In this document: positions 1 to 9,980 of the stretch, in pieces
Layout: each line of letters begins with the position of its first letter
How positions within the stretch are numbered: position 1 is the first letter of the stretch
Assembly (NCBI GenBank): GCA_021156105.1
Contig: JAJNBD010000002.1
Coordinates: 59,701-123,700, forward strand
Reading direction: 5' to 3'
From: Gammaproteobacteria bacterium
Lineage (GTDB): Bacteria > Pseudomonadota > Gammaproteobacteria > CAISUE01
Length of the DNA stretch: 64,000 nt
Program-made: the position numbers and the translations under genes
The notes under the pieces: model-generated
What the model saw: only the letters and a program-made list of their open reading frames with translations
What the model was told of the DNA's origin: nothing
Databases searched by the model: none

Positions 1-103
1 TTTTCTCTCGTGAGGCGGGATTAATAACATCCAGATGGCTTTTGGCACTTATCCATTCACCATTGATAAGGGCTTTTTCAATACGATCAAAAATTTTTTT
101 CAT
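1..103 (-). CDS. aldehyde dehydrogenase family protein, first 34 codons only (gene runs off the window)
   Basis: The reverse-strand ATG at 103..101 gives MKKIFDRIEKALINGEWISAKSHLDVINPASREK. The G-x-W ... V-x-NPA pattern is the usual aldehyde dehydrogenase N-terminus. The fragment is too short for a firm call. Confidence 0.4.
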   Translation of the reverse strand, partial: MKKIFDRIEKALINGEWISAKSHLDVINPASREK

Positions 104-259
104 GGTAAGGTTTGCTTAGAAATATAAACAAGTTAATCATATTTGTTTATTTTAACATCATTTTTGAAACCAAGAATCCTTAGACATCCCTAGCAAATAG
201 CTTTATGTTCCTCTCATAAAATGCGATAATATTAAATATTACTTTTACGAGAGCCCTCT

Positions 260-1276
260 ATGTCTGAAGACCGCACCAAAGCATTATCTGCCGCATTAAG
301 TATGATTGAGAAAACCTTCGGTAAAGGTTCTGTGATGCGCCTTGGTGACGGCGCAGCTGAGCCTATTGAAGCGGTGTCCACAGGTTCTTTAGCCTTGGAT
401 GTTGCGCTAGGTATTGGCGGTTTGCCACGCGGACGTATTGTTGAAATTTACGGTCCTGAATCCTCTGGTAAAACCACACTAACTTTACAAGTTATTGCTG
501 AATGCCAAAAGAAGGGTGGGACGGCTGCTTTTATCGATGCTGAACATGCCTTAGACCCTGTTTATGCAGAAGCATTAGGCGTTGATGTTAAAAATTTATT
601 AGTTTCTCAGCCAGATACAGGCGAACAAGCGCTAGAAATTTGCGATATGTTAGTGCGTTCTGGCGGCGTTGATATTGTGGTGATCGACTCAGTTGCTGCA
701 TTAACGCCTAAGGCAGAAATTGAAGGTGAAATGGGTGATTCCCATATGGGTTTACAAGCGCGTTTAATGTCGCAAGCTTTGCGTAAACTAACTGCTAATA
801 TCAAACGTTCAAACACTTTAGTAATTTTTATTAACCAAATTCGTATGAAAATTGGTGTGATGTTTGGTAACCCTGAAACAACAACCGGTGGTAATGCGTT
901 GAAATTCTATGCTTCGGTTCGTTTAGATATTCGCCGTACGGGCGCCATTAAGAAAGGCGATGAAGTGATCGGTAGCGAAACCAAAGTGAAAGTAGTTAAA
1001 AATAAAGTAGCGCCTCCCTTCAAAGAAGCGCATTTTGAAATTCTTTACGGTGAAGGTATTTCTCGTTTAGGTGAAGTTGTGGATCTTGGTGTTGAACATA
1101 ATTTTATTGAAAAATCTGGTGCTTGGTACTCTTGTAATGGAGAGCGTATTGGTCAAGGCCGAGATAATGCTAAACAATATCTTAGAGAACATTCTGAAAT
1201 GGCTAAAGATATTGAAAGCAAACTGCGCGAAAAATTGTTGAAAAAATCTGCAGCAACAACACAGCTAGAAGATTAA
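260..1276 (+). CDS. recA: recombinase RecA
   Basis: 338 aa with Walker [18 protein letters not shown], and the L2 region [35 protein letters not shown]. Full-length RecA pattern. Confidence 0.98.
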   Translation: MSEDRTKALSAALSMIEKTFGKGSVMRLGDGAAEPIEAVSTGSLALDVALGIGGLPRGRIVEIYGPESSGKTTLTLQVIAECQKKGGTAAFIDAEHALDPVYAEALGVDVKNLLVSQPDTGEQALEICDMLVRSGGVDIVVIDSVAALTPKAEIEGEMGDSHMGLQARLMSQALRKLTANIKRSNTLVIFINQIRMKIGVMFGNPETTTGGNALKFYASVRLDIRRTGAIKKGDEVIGSETKVKVVKNKVAPPFKEAHFEILYGEGISRLGEVVDLGVEHNFIEKSGAWYSCNGERIGQGRDNAKQYLREHSEMAKDIESKLREKLLKKSAATTQLED

Positions 1277-1293
1277 TCGTTAATGCTTGTCAT

Positions 1294-1318
1294 CCCGCGG
1301 CCAGTAAATGGCCGCGGT
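1294..1318. terminator. GC hairpin between convergent recA and murI
   Basis: CCCGCGGCC-agtaaat-GGCCGCGG lies directly after the recA stop. Confidence 0.6.
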
Positions 1319-1342
1319 GCTGATGATTAGATAACAATGAAG

Positions 1343-2158
1343 TTAATTCCCTGTTAGATTCGTCACTGTTAAAACAATCTTTTCTCCAAAAAATTCATTA
1401 GCCATTTGCGCAAAAGCAGGCGTTAAGTCCGAGACAAAAAAATCACGCTGCCCTTGAATTACTTGTGGATTGAGTAGGCCATTTTCTTCGAGTTGTTTTG
1501 CTAAAGCATTCGCGGTAATTTCACCAGCATCTAATAGAGGAATTTTATGTTCATAAAAAGCCGCAATGCGTGATTTCAATATTGGATAATGCGTGCAAGC
1601 TAAAATTAACCCATCTATATTTTGCAAGCTTGCTTGGGACAGATAAAGTTTTAATGCTTCATCAACAAGCTTTTCATGCGAATGAAAATTTTCTTCAATA
1701 ATGGGAACTAACAGCGGAGTTGCTAAGGCTTTTAGTTTAATATCTTTTGCCAATGCCTGAATTTTTTTTTCAAAAACTTTAGATTCGACAGTGCGCTTTG
1801 TGCCAATTAAGCCCAGATTTTTTTGTGGAAATTTTTTAATGCATTCGTTTATCACGGGATCAATCACGCCGATTAAGGGTATGCGGTTTTGTAAATAATC
1901 TTGCATCGCTTCATAAGCAGAAGCCGTGGCAGAATTACAAGCCACGACAATCACTTTGCAATGCTGAGCTAAGAGGAAATCAATAATCGACAAGCAATAA
2001 CGTTGAATGGTTTCAGCAGATTTATCGCCATAGGGTAAATGTGCTGTATCCCCAAAATAAATAATATTTTCGTGAGGTAATTTTTCAGTAATTGCATGTG
2101 CAACGGTTAAGCCGCCGATGCCGCTATCGAAAATGCCAATAGATTGCTGTGAGTTCAT
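1343..2158 (-). CDS. murI: glutamate racemase
   Basis: Motifs IGIFDSGIGGLTV, VVACNSATA and LACTHYP. I prefer the ATG at 2158 (MNSQQSIGIFDSG) over the TTG-extended ORF start at 2185. Confidence 0.93.
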   Translation of the reverse strand: MNSQQSIGIFDSGIGGLTVAHAITEKLPHENIIYFGDTAHLPYGDKSAETIQRYCLSIIDFLLAQHCKVIVVACNSATASAYEAMQDYLQNRIPLIGVIDPVINECIKKFPQKNLGLIGTKRTVESKVFEKKIQALAKDIKLKALATPLLVPIIEENFHSHEKLVDEALKLYLSQASLQNIDGLILACTHYPILKSRIAAFYEHKIPLLDAGEITANALAKQLEENGLLNPQVIQGQRDFFVSDLTPAFAQMANEFFGEKIVLTVTNLTGN

Positions 2159-2197
2159 GGCGATATTATAACTTAACCTTTTCAATGAAAGTGACTT

Positions 2198-3166
2198 CTA
2201 TGATGCAATAGGTAAAATATGATATTTTTTACATAGTTGCTCTAACGTGACTTCTGCCACATCCCACATATCCCAACCTTCGGCAAATAAATTTACTTGC
2301 GCTTGCGAACCGCGATACCAAGCATCCCAGAAAGATTTAGGATTGATTTTAATTCGCGTGGAACCTGCAAGATTATTGATCTTAATGCCTAAGTAGAATG
2401 AATATAAAACAGGAAGGATATGGCCTTCAATCGCATTTTTTTCAACCATATTAGCGGTAAAAACTGAAACTAACACTTCTCCATAGGGGGAGGTGTCATA
2501 ACCGCTTAAAAGATGGACAGAATCGTGAGGCATAATAAATTGGTAATTGGCTCCTTCAGCATCACCTGGAAATTTATAGTTATTTTTTTTAAATTGTTGC
2601 CAGATATGATACCCAAAACTTTCCTTTGGAAGCTGGCCAAGCATTTCATATTTTTTGACTAAAGCAGGATCTTGTTTATCTCCACGATAGGGGAAAATCC
2701 AATTATCAATTTCTTCTTTGGTGCTTAACTCAGGAAAAAAGCCAAAGCTTTCTAAATTTTTGCGAGTGATATCGTAAATTAACCAATCAAAATCTTGTTC
2801 TAGGGTTTTCTTTAATTGTAAAAGATAGCCTGTCTCAATGCCTACTGCTTTTGCAAACTCAAAAGTTGTATCTAACCGCGCTTGATTAATTTCACCGTCA
2901 AACAAAGCGGTTACCACTAAAAAACGTAGCGCATATTCTGCTTCAGCAGGTTGAGGAAAAAAATGTGCAAAGTCTTTTACAGAAATACTAGGGATTTCAG
3001 ATAGATCTAACTCATCTTGATGTGTGAATACGTACTGATATGCGGCTTTTAGTGAACTTTTTTGAATATCGCTCAAGGAAAGCGAACCTTTAGCGGTTGC
3101 AACATTTTGCATTGCGCCCAGTAAAGCGAAAATCTGAGAAAGATTAAATTTTATTGCGGTAGCCAT
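2198..3166 (-). CDS. hypothetical protein with a Coq4-type HDxxH-x11-E motif
   Basis: 322-aa ORF. PHDSVHLLSGYDTSPYGE fits the Coq4 family metal-binding signature HDxxH-(x)11-E. The N-terminal half is unassigned. Confidence 0.55.
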   Translation of the reverse strand: MATAIKFNLSQIFALLGAMQNVATAKGSLSLSDIQKSSLKAAYQYVFTHQDELDLSEIPSISVKDFAHFFPQPAEAEYALRFLVVTALFDGEINQARLDTTFEFAKAVGIETGYLLQLKKTLEQDFDWLIYDITRKNLESFGFFPELSTKEEIDNWIFPYRGDKQDPALVKKYEMLGQLPKESFGYHIWQQFKKNNYKFPGDAEGANYQFIMPHDSVHLLSGYDTSPYGEVLVSVFTANMVEKNAIEGHILPVLYSFYLGIKINNLAGSTRIKINPKSFWDAWYRGSQAQVNLFAEGWDMWDVAEVTLEQLCKKYHILPIAS

Positions 3167-3291
3167 TCTAGTTTCCTTGTTTTATCGAGAAATATCCAGT
3201 ACTATTTTTAAAAGTATTATAAAAGATTTTAATTGGCAATACTTGTATTGTTGTGGGAAGGTAAATAAATGTCAAATGTTGAGTATTCATT

Positions 3292-3951
3292 ATGCTAAAT
3301 TATGAAACAATTGAACCTAAAGGTACTGCTGAAGCATGCGTGGTTTTGCTCCATGGCTTAGGCGCTACAGGCCATGATTTAATGGATCTAGTGCCTTATT
3401 TGCAATTGCCACAAAACCATCGTATACGTTTTATTTTTCCACATGCGCCAAGTCGCCCCATTACCTTAAACAATGGCTATGTCATGCCAGGTTGGTATGA
3501 TATTACGGGTTTAACGGAAGCAAGTCGTGAAGATTTGGTTGGGTTAAACCAATCGCGAGAAATGATTGAGAAAATTATTCAACAACAAATTGCGCAAGGT
3601 ATTCCAGCACAAAAAATTATGTTAGGTGGTTTTTCTCAAGGTGGGGCTTTAACGCTTTTTACCGGTTTGCAGCAAGCGGAGCCTTTAGCAGGCTTGATTG
3701 TGCTGTCAGCATATTTTCCTTGTGCTAACAATGTTGAAGCGAACCTTAGCTTGGCGAGTAAGCAAATGCCGATTTTTATTGCTCATGGCACACAAGATCC
3801 TGTGGTCCCTTATGCTTGGGGGCTACGCACAGAGCAAAAACTTAAAGCGTTAGGATTTTCCACAGAATGGCAGAGTTATCCTATTGAGCATTCTATTTGC
3901 TTGCCAGAAATTCAAGCGATAGCTGCTTTTATGCATAAATGTTTAAGTTGA
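3292..3951 (+). CDS. carboxylesterase/phospholipase family alpha/beta hydrolase
   Basis: 219 aa with the nucleophile elbow GFSQGG, a later HG-x-x-D and a C-terminal His. The size is typical of the esterase II / acyl-protein thioesterase-like family. Confidence 0.85.
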   Translation: MLNYETIEPKGTAEACVVLLHGLGATGHDLMDLVPYLQLPQNHRIRFIFPHAPSRPITLNNGYVMPGWYDITGLTEASREDLVGLNQSREMIEKIIQQQIAQGIPAQKIMLGGFSQGGALTLFTGLQQAEPLAGLIVLSAYFPCANNVEANLSLASKQMPIFIAHGTQDPVVPYAWGLRTEQKLKALGFSTEWQSYPIEHSICLPEIQAIAAFMHKCLS

Positions 3952-3965
3952 TAACCGGCTTAAAA

Positions 3966-3991
3966 AGCGACAGCTCATGCAAGCTGTCGCT
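3966..3991. terminator. hairpin between convergent genes
   Basis: AGCGACAGCT-catgca-AGCTGTCGCT lies between the esterase stop and the pssA stop. Confidence 0.55.
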
Positions 3992-3997
3992 GTGAGA

Positions 3998-4822
3998 TTA
4001 GGAATTGATATCTGAAGGAGGCTCTTGGTTTGGGGTATCTTCGGATTTGCTAAAGCGTTCTTTTATCCAGGTATAAAAACCAGAAATCGCATAACCAAAA
4101 AATACAATAAATAAGACGATATCAGGTTTTAAGGCAAGGCAAACAAAAACTAAGATAACAAAGAGAATATTAACAAAAGGAACGCGGTTTTTTAAATCGA
4201 AATCTTTGAAGCTGCGATACTTCATATTGCTAATCATGGCAATACCAACACCAATGGTGAGAAGCCCAATTAAAATACTGGGAAGTAAATCACCCGCGCG
4301 CAAGCTAGCGCCGACCCAAACTAAGCTTGCAATAACACCAGCGCCAGCTGGGCAAGGTAGGCCCGTAAAATAACGTTTATCTTGGTTTTCTTGTTGCGAG
4401 TTAAAGCGCGCTAAGCGTAAAGCAACGGAGGCCACAAAGATAAAAGCGCCAACCCAGCCAATTTTGCCTAAATATTGTAAAGACCATTCGTAAACCAAGA
4501 CAGATGGCGCAACGGCAAATGCGACCATATCTGATAAGCTGTCATATTCTGCGCCAAATGCGCTTTGGGTATTGGTTAAACGCGCAATTCGCCCATCCAG
4601 GCTGTCCAAAATCATTGCAATAAAGATCACAATAGCAGCGATTTCAAATAACCCCCGGATGGAGGCGATGATGGCATAAAATCCACCAAACAAAGCTGCT
4701 GTGGTGAAAAGGTTGGGGAGAATATAAATACCAATAGCAGGCTTTTGTTGGTCTTGTTCTACTAATTCATCCACAAAAGGATGGTTTTTTTTAGGCGGTA
4801 AAGAAGTATTTTCTTGTGTCAT
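3998..4822 (-). CDS. pssA: CDP-diacylglycerol--serine O-phosphatidyltransferase
   Basis: CDP-alcohol phosphatidyltransferase motif DSLDGRIARL-x8-GAEYDSLSDMV, in a multi-TM 274-aa protein. Confidence 0.9.
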   Translation of the reverse strand: MTQENTSLPPKKNHPFVDELVEQDQQKPAIGIYILPNLFTTAALFGGFYAIIASIRGLFEIAAIVIFIAMILDSLDGRIARLTNTQSAFGAEYDSLSDMVAFAVAPSVLVYEWSLQYLGKIGWVGAFIFVASVALRLARFNSQQENQDKRYFTGLPCPAGAGVIASLVWVGASLRAGDLLPSILIGLLTIGVGIAMISNMKYRSFKDFDLKNRVPFVNILFVILVFVCLALKPDIVLFIVFFGYAISGFYTWIKERFSKSEDTPNQEPPSDINS

Positions 4823-4883
4823 AAGCTTTGTTTAAGCATTCGATGATATAATATAGCGCATTATAACATTTTAGACCTTAAAC

Positions 4884-5168
4884 GTGAGCCAGAAGAAAAT
4901 CCTCATTAAGGGTGTGACCGAAAGCGGTGAAAAGTTTCGCCCGAGTGATTGGGCGGAGCGTATGAGCGGTAGCCTTTGTACTTTTAAAAACCGCCGGATT
5001 ACCTATTCACCCCTATTACAACCCACGGTACAAGACGGCTATGCTTGCGTGCTGATGGACCCTGAACTAAAGGATACGAACCCTTCTTTATACGAATCCA
5101 TCCTTGAATTTGCTGAAAAAAATCATTTGTGTCTCGAGGAAGAAACGGAATCAAAATCCAAAGGATAA
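4884..5168 (+). CDS. small conserved protein, DUF3579-like
   Basis: 94 aa with a GTG start. The GEKFRPSDWAERMSG segment resembles DUF3579 proteins as I remember them; this is unverified. Confidence 0.5.
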   Translation: MSQKKILIKGVTESGEKFRPSDWAERMSGSLCTFKNRRITYSPLLQPTVQDGYACVLMDPELKDTNPSLYESILEFAEKNHLCLEEETESKSKG

Positions 5169-5240
5169 ATTGTCTTGGTTTGCACGTTGTAACGTTAATT
5201 TGCAAAGCATAGACTATATTTTAGCGAGAAAAAGGTATCT

Positions 5241-6047
5241 ATGGACAAACTTCCTATCATTAATGCTCAAAACTTAAGTATTGGCTATTCCAAAAAACAA
5301 GCTCTAATTGAAAATCTTACAGCGCAAATTTATCCTGGCGAATTTATTGCTATTTTAGGCCCTAATGGTGCGGGTAAAACGACGCTGCTTAAAACTTTCC
5401 TAGGTGCTTTAGCGCCATTGCAAGGTAGTTTGAAATTACTTAATCATCTTCCGCATCAAGACTGTATTGGCATTGGTTATATGCCTCAACAGATCTTGCG
5501 CCCAGAATTGTTGCATTTAACTGGACGTACCCTATTGGGAGCAACTATCCAGGCACATCAATGGGGTTTGCCTTATTTAAACGCAGAACAAGAATCAGAA
5601 ATAAAATTAGCTTTAGCAAAAGTGGAAGCCACTGATTTTGCCGATAAAGCTTTTGGTGAATGCTCAGGTGGCCAGCAGCGGCGTATCATGCTGGCGCAAG
5701 CCTTGCTGGGCCAGCCGAAAATATTGTTATTAGACGAACCTTTGGCTAATTTAGATTTTCGCCATCAAGAAAAGTTTATTGAAATTTTGACTAGGCTATC
5801 CCGCGACCAAAGCGTGACAATTTTAATGACGACGCATGATATTAATTTGGTGGCTAATGCGATGACACGGGTGATTTATCTTGCAAAAGGTAAAGGAATC
5901 TTAGGCGATTTTGCCAAAATTTTTACTTCAGAAAAATTAAGCGAGCTATACCAAACGCCTATGGAAGTGGTGCAGCATCAACATCGCTTTTTTGTGGTAC
6001 ATAAAGAAACAGGACAGATAGAAAATGTTTGTTGCGAGCATGTTTGA
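5241..6047 (+). CDS. metal (Zn/Mn-type) ABC transporter ATP-binding protein
   Basis: Walker A GPNGAGKTTLLK, signature CSGGQQRR, Walker B LLLDEP, and a Cys/His-rich C-terminal tail. ZnuC-like. Confidence 0.85.
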   Translation: MDKLPIINAQNLSIGYSKKQALIENLTAQIYPGEFIAILGPNGAGKTTLLKTFLGALAPLQGSLKLLNHLPHQDCIGIGYMPQQILRPELLHLTGRTLLGATIQAHQWGLPYLNAEQESEIKLALAKVEATDFADKAFGECSGGQQRRIMLAQALLGQPKILLLDEPLANLDFRHQEKFIEILTRLSRDQSVTILMTTHDINLVANAMTRVIYLAKGKGILGDFAKIFTSEKLSELYQTPMEVVQHQHRFFVVHKETGQIENVCCEHV

Positions 6048-6840
6048 ATTAACTCAATACAGTTTTATGCAAAATGCCTTCATGGCAGGCACAGTTATTG
6101 CGGTTTTGGCAGGGGTCATTGGCTATTTTGTTGTATTAAAGCAATTGGGTTTTACCTCGCATGCGTTAAGCCATATTGGTTTTGCAGGCGCTTGTGGTGC
6201 TGGTTTATTAGGGCTTTCCTTAATGTCAGGTCAACTGCTGCTAACCTTGATTGCTGCACTTTTAATGGCGTTTTTCGGTGATCGTGTACAAAAAAATGAT
6301 GCGGCGATTGGTATTATTTTAGCGTTTTCGCTGGGGTTGGGAAGTTTATTTTTATATTCTTATGATCATTATGCAGGCAGCGCAAGCCGCATTTTATTTG
6401 GTGATTTACTAAGTGTCACCACACAAAGCTTGCATCAAATGGAAATATTAAGCCTACTGTGTATTTTAATTATTGCTCTGATTGCTCGCCCACTTTGGTT
6501 TAGCGCGCTACTACCCGAATTAGCTTTAGCGCGAGGTTTGCCAGTGCGTATTTTGCAATATACTTTTTTTGCTTTATTAGCAGTGGCTATTACATTAACA
6601 AGCCAAGCAGTCGGGATTTTAATGATCTTTACCTTGCTAATAGGGCCGCCTGCTGTTGCTGTGCGCTGTAGCCAAAGTTTTTGGAGTGGTATCTTTTTAA
6701 GTATTTTATTTAATTTAATTGCAATTTGGCTGGCGTTAGCTTTGTCTGCCGCAACAAATTGGCCATTAAGTTTTTGGGTGAGCACTATCGTATTGTTGGG
6801 TTATATTGCAGCAAGCAGCTTGCAGACGCTAAGGTCATGA
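6025..6840 (+). CDS. metal ABC transporter permease (ABC-3 family, ZnuB-like)
   Basis: A polytopic protein of about 270 aa directly coupled to the ATPase gene. The start could instead be the ATG at 6040, which overlaps the upstream stop. Confidence 0.85.
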   Translation: MFVASMFELTQYSFMQNAFMAGTVIAVLAGVIGYFVVLKQLGFTSHALSHIGFAGACGAGLLGLSLMSGQLLLTLIAALLMAFFGDRVQKNDAAIGIILAFSLGLGSLFLYSYDHYAGSASRILFGDLLSVTTQSLHQMEILSLLCILIIALIARPLWFSALLPELALARGLPVRILQYTFFALLAVAITLTSQAVGILMIFTLLIGPPAVAVRCSQSFWSGIFLSILFNLIAIWLALALSAATNWPLSFWVSTIVLLGYIAASSLQTLRS

Positions 6841-6867
6841 GGTTTTTCCTCATGAACACAAAAAATA

Positions 6868-7269
6868 TTATGACATCCCAAAAGCAATATCTTGTGTCCT
6901 AAGCCATTCTTTACAAGTTTCTTTGGCAACTTTTGGCATGCTTTCTATCGTTTTTGCCGCAAATGCACAGACATGTTCTGTCAGCTGTATAAGCGCATCC
7001 TTATTTTTTAGCGCATTTCGGAAGTCTATGGTATAGAGCCCTTGTTGCTCGTTAGTCATTTTACAAACCCAATCGATATAATATTGATAGCAACGACCAG
7101 AGGTAATGGCAGATGTCTCTTGCAGATTTTGGGATATATTAGAAAGATAATTAGCATAAGCAATAGACAAACTAATGATAGCAATTGAGCCGCCAATAGC
7201 AGCTGCTGCTTGTGCAGGGTGTTGATAGGCCCAGTTAGCCGCTTGCTTGATCGCTTTGGGAAAGAACAT
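6868..7269 (-). CDS. hypothetical protein (one N-terminal TM segment)
   Basis: 133-aa ORF with no recognisable motif. Confidence 0.45.
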   Translation of the reverse strand: MFFPKAIKQAANWAYQHPAQAAAAIGGSIAIISLSIAYANYLSNISQNLQETSAITSGRCYQYYIDWVCKMTNEQQGLYTIDFRNALKNKDALIQLTEHVCAFAAKTIESMPKVAKETCKEWLRTQDIAFGMS

Positions 7270-7391
7270 AGAAATATCTGCCTTTTATAATTTATTATAT
7301 TTATTATATCATGAGAGAGATTGATGCTTTTGTGAGTAAATGTGCGAGAATGTGGTTAGAGTTTTTTCTTTGATAAATTTTGAGTTAAGTT

Positions 7392-8453
7392 ATGCTAAGA
7401 CATCCTATTTTAAAATGGCTGAATCGTTACTTTGGGCGCCCTGAAATATTAGCACTGATTGCGGTCTTAATTGCTGCTTCTTTGGTCTTTGTCTTTTTTA
7501 GTAACATGCTTGCGCCAGTTTTTGTCAGCATCGTCATTGCTTATCTTTTGCAATGGCCAATCGCAAAGTTAGAGGCTTGGAAAATGCCGCATAAAATTGC
7601 GGTACTTTTAGTCTACTTTATATTTTTAGGTGCCATCATTGCGGCAATATTAGGTTTGCTGCCTTTGTTAGTCCATCAAAGCGCAAATTTCTTTTCGCAA
7701 CTACCCACGATGATTGCCAATACGCAACATAGTATTAAAGAAGTTTCTGCACGCTATCCCATTATTGCCGCGCCCGATAATCTTGATCAGATTTTTGATA
7801 GCATGCGCTCTCAAGCCTTGAGCTATGGTCAGAAGCTGTTGTCTTTCTCTTTATCTTCCATTTCAAGTTTGGTTTTGATTAGTATTTATTTTATTTTAGT
7901 GCCGCTGCTAGTTTATTTTTTCTTAATGGATAAAGCACAGTTGGTGAGAGGATTTCAAGTTTATCTTCCTAAGCGTCGTAAGATATTAACCACGGTTTGG
8001 GTGGAAGTATATGATCAAATTGGTCACTATGTGCGAGGCAAGGTTTTAGAAGCAGCTATTATGGCGATTGTTTGCGCGATATTTTTCCACTGGATGGATT
8101 TACAATATGCTTCATTGATGGCAGTACTGGTGGGATTATCCGTAATAATTCCTTATGTCGGTGCTGTCTTGGTGACGATCCCTTTGCTGATTATTGCTTT
8201 TGTGCAGTGGGGATTAACAGCAACAACTGGTTATTTTGTCATCGGTTACGGTATTTTAATTACGCTTGATGCAAATGTCTTGGTGCCCTTAATTTTTTCT
8301 GAAGTAGTTGATTTGCACCCAGTTTCAATTATCTTAGCCATTTTAGTTTTTGGTGGCTTGCTTGGATTTTGGGGCGTATTTTTTGCTATTCCTTTAGCAA
8401 GCCTTGTCAAAGCTGTGGCTAAAGCGTTAAATACCTCTGAGTTCAATAATTGA
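7392..8453 (+). CDS. AI-2E family transporter (PerM/UPF0118)
   Basis: 353 aa and polytopic. The layout and the C-terminal region (PYVGAVL ... FGGLLGFWGVFFAIPLA) are typical of the family. Confidence 0.85.
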   Translation: MLRHPILKWLNRYFGRPEILALIAVLIAASLVFVFFSNMLAPVFVSIVIAYLLQWPIAKLEAWKMPHKIAVLLVYFIFLGAIIAAILGLLPLLVHQSANFFSQLPTMIANTQHSIKEVSARYPIIAAPDNLDQIFDSMRSQALSYGQKLLSFSLSSISSLVLISIYFILVPLLVYFFLMDKAQLVRGFQVYLPKRRKILTTVWVEVYDQIGHYVRGKVLEAAIMAIVCAIFFHWMDLQYASLMAVLVGLSVIIPYVGAVLVTIPLLIIAFVQWGLTATTGYFVIGYGILITLDANVLVPLIFSEVVDLHPVSIILAILVFGGLLGFWGVFFAIPLASLVKAVAKALNTSEFNN

Positions 8454-8543
8454 AAATTAGCGCCTTAAGCAAGCGCCAGAGCCGTGACCGTTAGGCGTGA
8501 TAAATAAATTTCTCGTACGGCAAATTATTTTAGCAATAATCTT

Positions 8544-9125
8544 ATGATGCTCAGCAAAAAAATCCTTCGCCAACAAGCGTTGCAACAACGCCAAAATTTA
8601 ACAGCTTCCCAGGTTGAAACGCTTGGTGTGCAAATAATTCAGCGTGTAATAGAAGAGATAGACTGGAAAAAATTTACTTGTGTGCATGTTTATTTAAGTT
8701 GTGAAAAGCGTAAAGAGATTAATACTTGGCCTTTGTTAGACTATTTATGGTCAGCGCAAAAACATATTACAACCGTGACAAATCGCATGAATATTGTGGC
8801 GAAACAAATTGATTGCCATAAGATTAATGGCAAAACAGTATTAGAAAAAAGCGCCTTTGAGATTTTTGAACCTGTCGAAAATACGGAAAAAATAAATCCT
8901 CAACAAATTGATTTAATGATTTTGCCTTTGCTTGCTTGTGATGAGCAAGGGTTCCGTTTGGGTTATGGCAAAGGCTATTATGATCAATTGTTAGCTGGTT
9001 GTGCTGCATCCATGCAGCGTATAGGGATTAATTATTTTTTACCCTTAGCAGAAAAGATTCCTCATGAAGCACATGATCTACCAATTCATCAGCTAATTTC
9101 GCCTGAGGCTTGTTTAAAGTTTTAA
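8544..9125 (+). CDS. 5-formyltetrahydrofolate cyclo-ligase
   Basis: 193 aa with the diagnostic GYGKGYYD motif. Confidence 0.85.
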   Translation: MMLSKKILRQQALQQRQNLTASQVETLGVQIIQRVIEEIDWKKFTCVHVYLSCEKRKEINTWPLLDYLWSAQKHITTVTNRMNIVAKQIDCHKINGKTVLEKSAFEIFEPVENTEKINPQQIDLMILPLLACDEQGFRLGYGKGYYDQLLAGCAASMQRIGINYFLPLAEKIPHEAHDLPIHQLISPEACLKF

Positions 9126-9140
9126 AGCAGATGCTATTTT

Positions 9141-9950
9141 TTACAGGGTTACTTTTCTTGTGGCACCACAAGTTGATACGTCGATAGCATCATTAAGAGA
9201 TGTATCATCTTTTGCTGCTCCTAAGTCTGCAAACTGAGATTGTAATTCTGCCATTTCTTGATCAAGGTGCCGAATAATTTCCTGGGCTTCTCTAAGTAGT
9301 GGAGTGGTTGATATGGTTTGCTGAGGTTTAAGGGGGGAAAAGACAGGGGTGCTGTAGCTTACGCTAAGTGCTCGCAAGGGTTTTTGTATCGCTAACTTTA
9401 TGTCAGAAGTTGCTTGGCAGACAGTATAGATAGGCGAAAATTCAGGCAATAGCTTTAAATACGCTATTAATAAATCGTCTTGGCTTGGTGAATCTGTAGC
9501 TGTTAATGCGCAGCGCTTAATTGCTTGCTGAGATTGTTTCGCAAGTGCGATTAGCTCCGGGTTGGTGCAACTTAGATAAAAAAAGCTAAGATGACCATTG
9601 TCAAGGCTTATAATCTCAAGTGGAAATTCTTTGTGTTTATCAATATTAAGTTCATTAGGTTTTAAGCTTTCTAAGCCAAAATTCTTAACAATGAAAGCGT
9701 AATAATATTTTAATAATGTTTGGGTATGGCTGGTAAAATGTTTAATTTGCTGGCAAATTTCTTCCCGAATTGGAGACGCTAAAGCTGTTTCACGTTTTAA
9801 ATCTTCATTTTTTTTGATGCTTGCTTTAATCTGTTTAACTGAGGAATGAATATCGTCATGAAGCTGAAGTATTGCTTGATTATGAATGGCTTCAAGCGGT
9901 AGTTCTAACAAACTGTTTTGGTTAATGACTACAATAAATCTTATCGGCAT
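9141..9950 (-). CDS. orphan protein, paralog B of a tandem pair
   Basis: 269 aa. It shares IVVINQNSLLELPL, DDIHS and FPLEIISLDNG blocks with the upstream neighbour. Confidence 0.6.
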   Translation of the reverse strand: MPIRFIVVINQNSLLELPLEAIHNQAILQLHDDIHSSVKQIKASIKKNEDLKRETALASPIREEICQQIKHFTSHTQTLLKYYYAFIVKNFGLESLKPNELNIDKHKEFPLEIISLDNGHLSFFYLSCTNPELIALAKQSQQAIKRCALTATDSPSQDDLLIAYLKLLPEFSPIYTVCQATSDIKLAIQKPLRALSVSYSTPVFSPLKPQQTISTTPLLREAQEIIRHLDQEMAELQSQFADLGAAKDDTSLNDAIDVSTCGATRKVTL

Positions 9951-9980
9951 GCGCGTCTCCTTTTGTTTTTTATTTTAAAG

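Noticed and set aside
8454-8543. 6S RNA (ssrS), expected upstream of the 5-formyltetrahydrofolate cyclo-ligase gene as in E. coli
   Set aside because: The gap is only 90 nt, too short for an RNA of about 180 nt, and I could not see the characteristic extended hairpin with a central bubble. A covariance search would be needed to exclude an overlapping gene.
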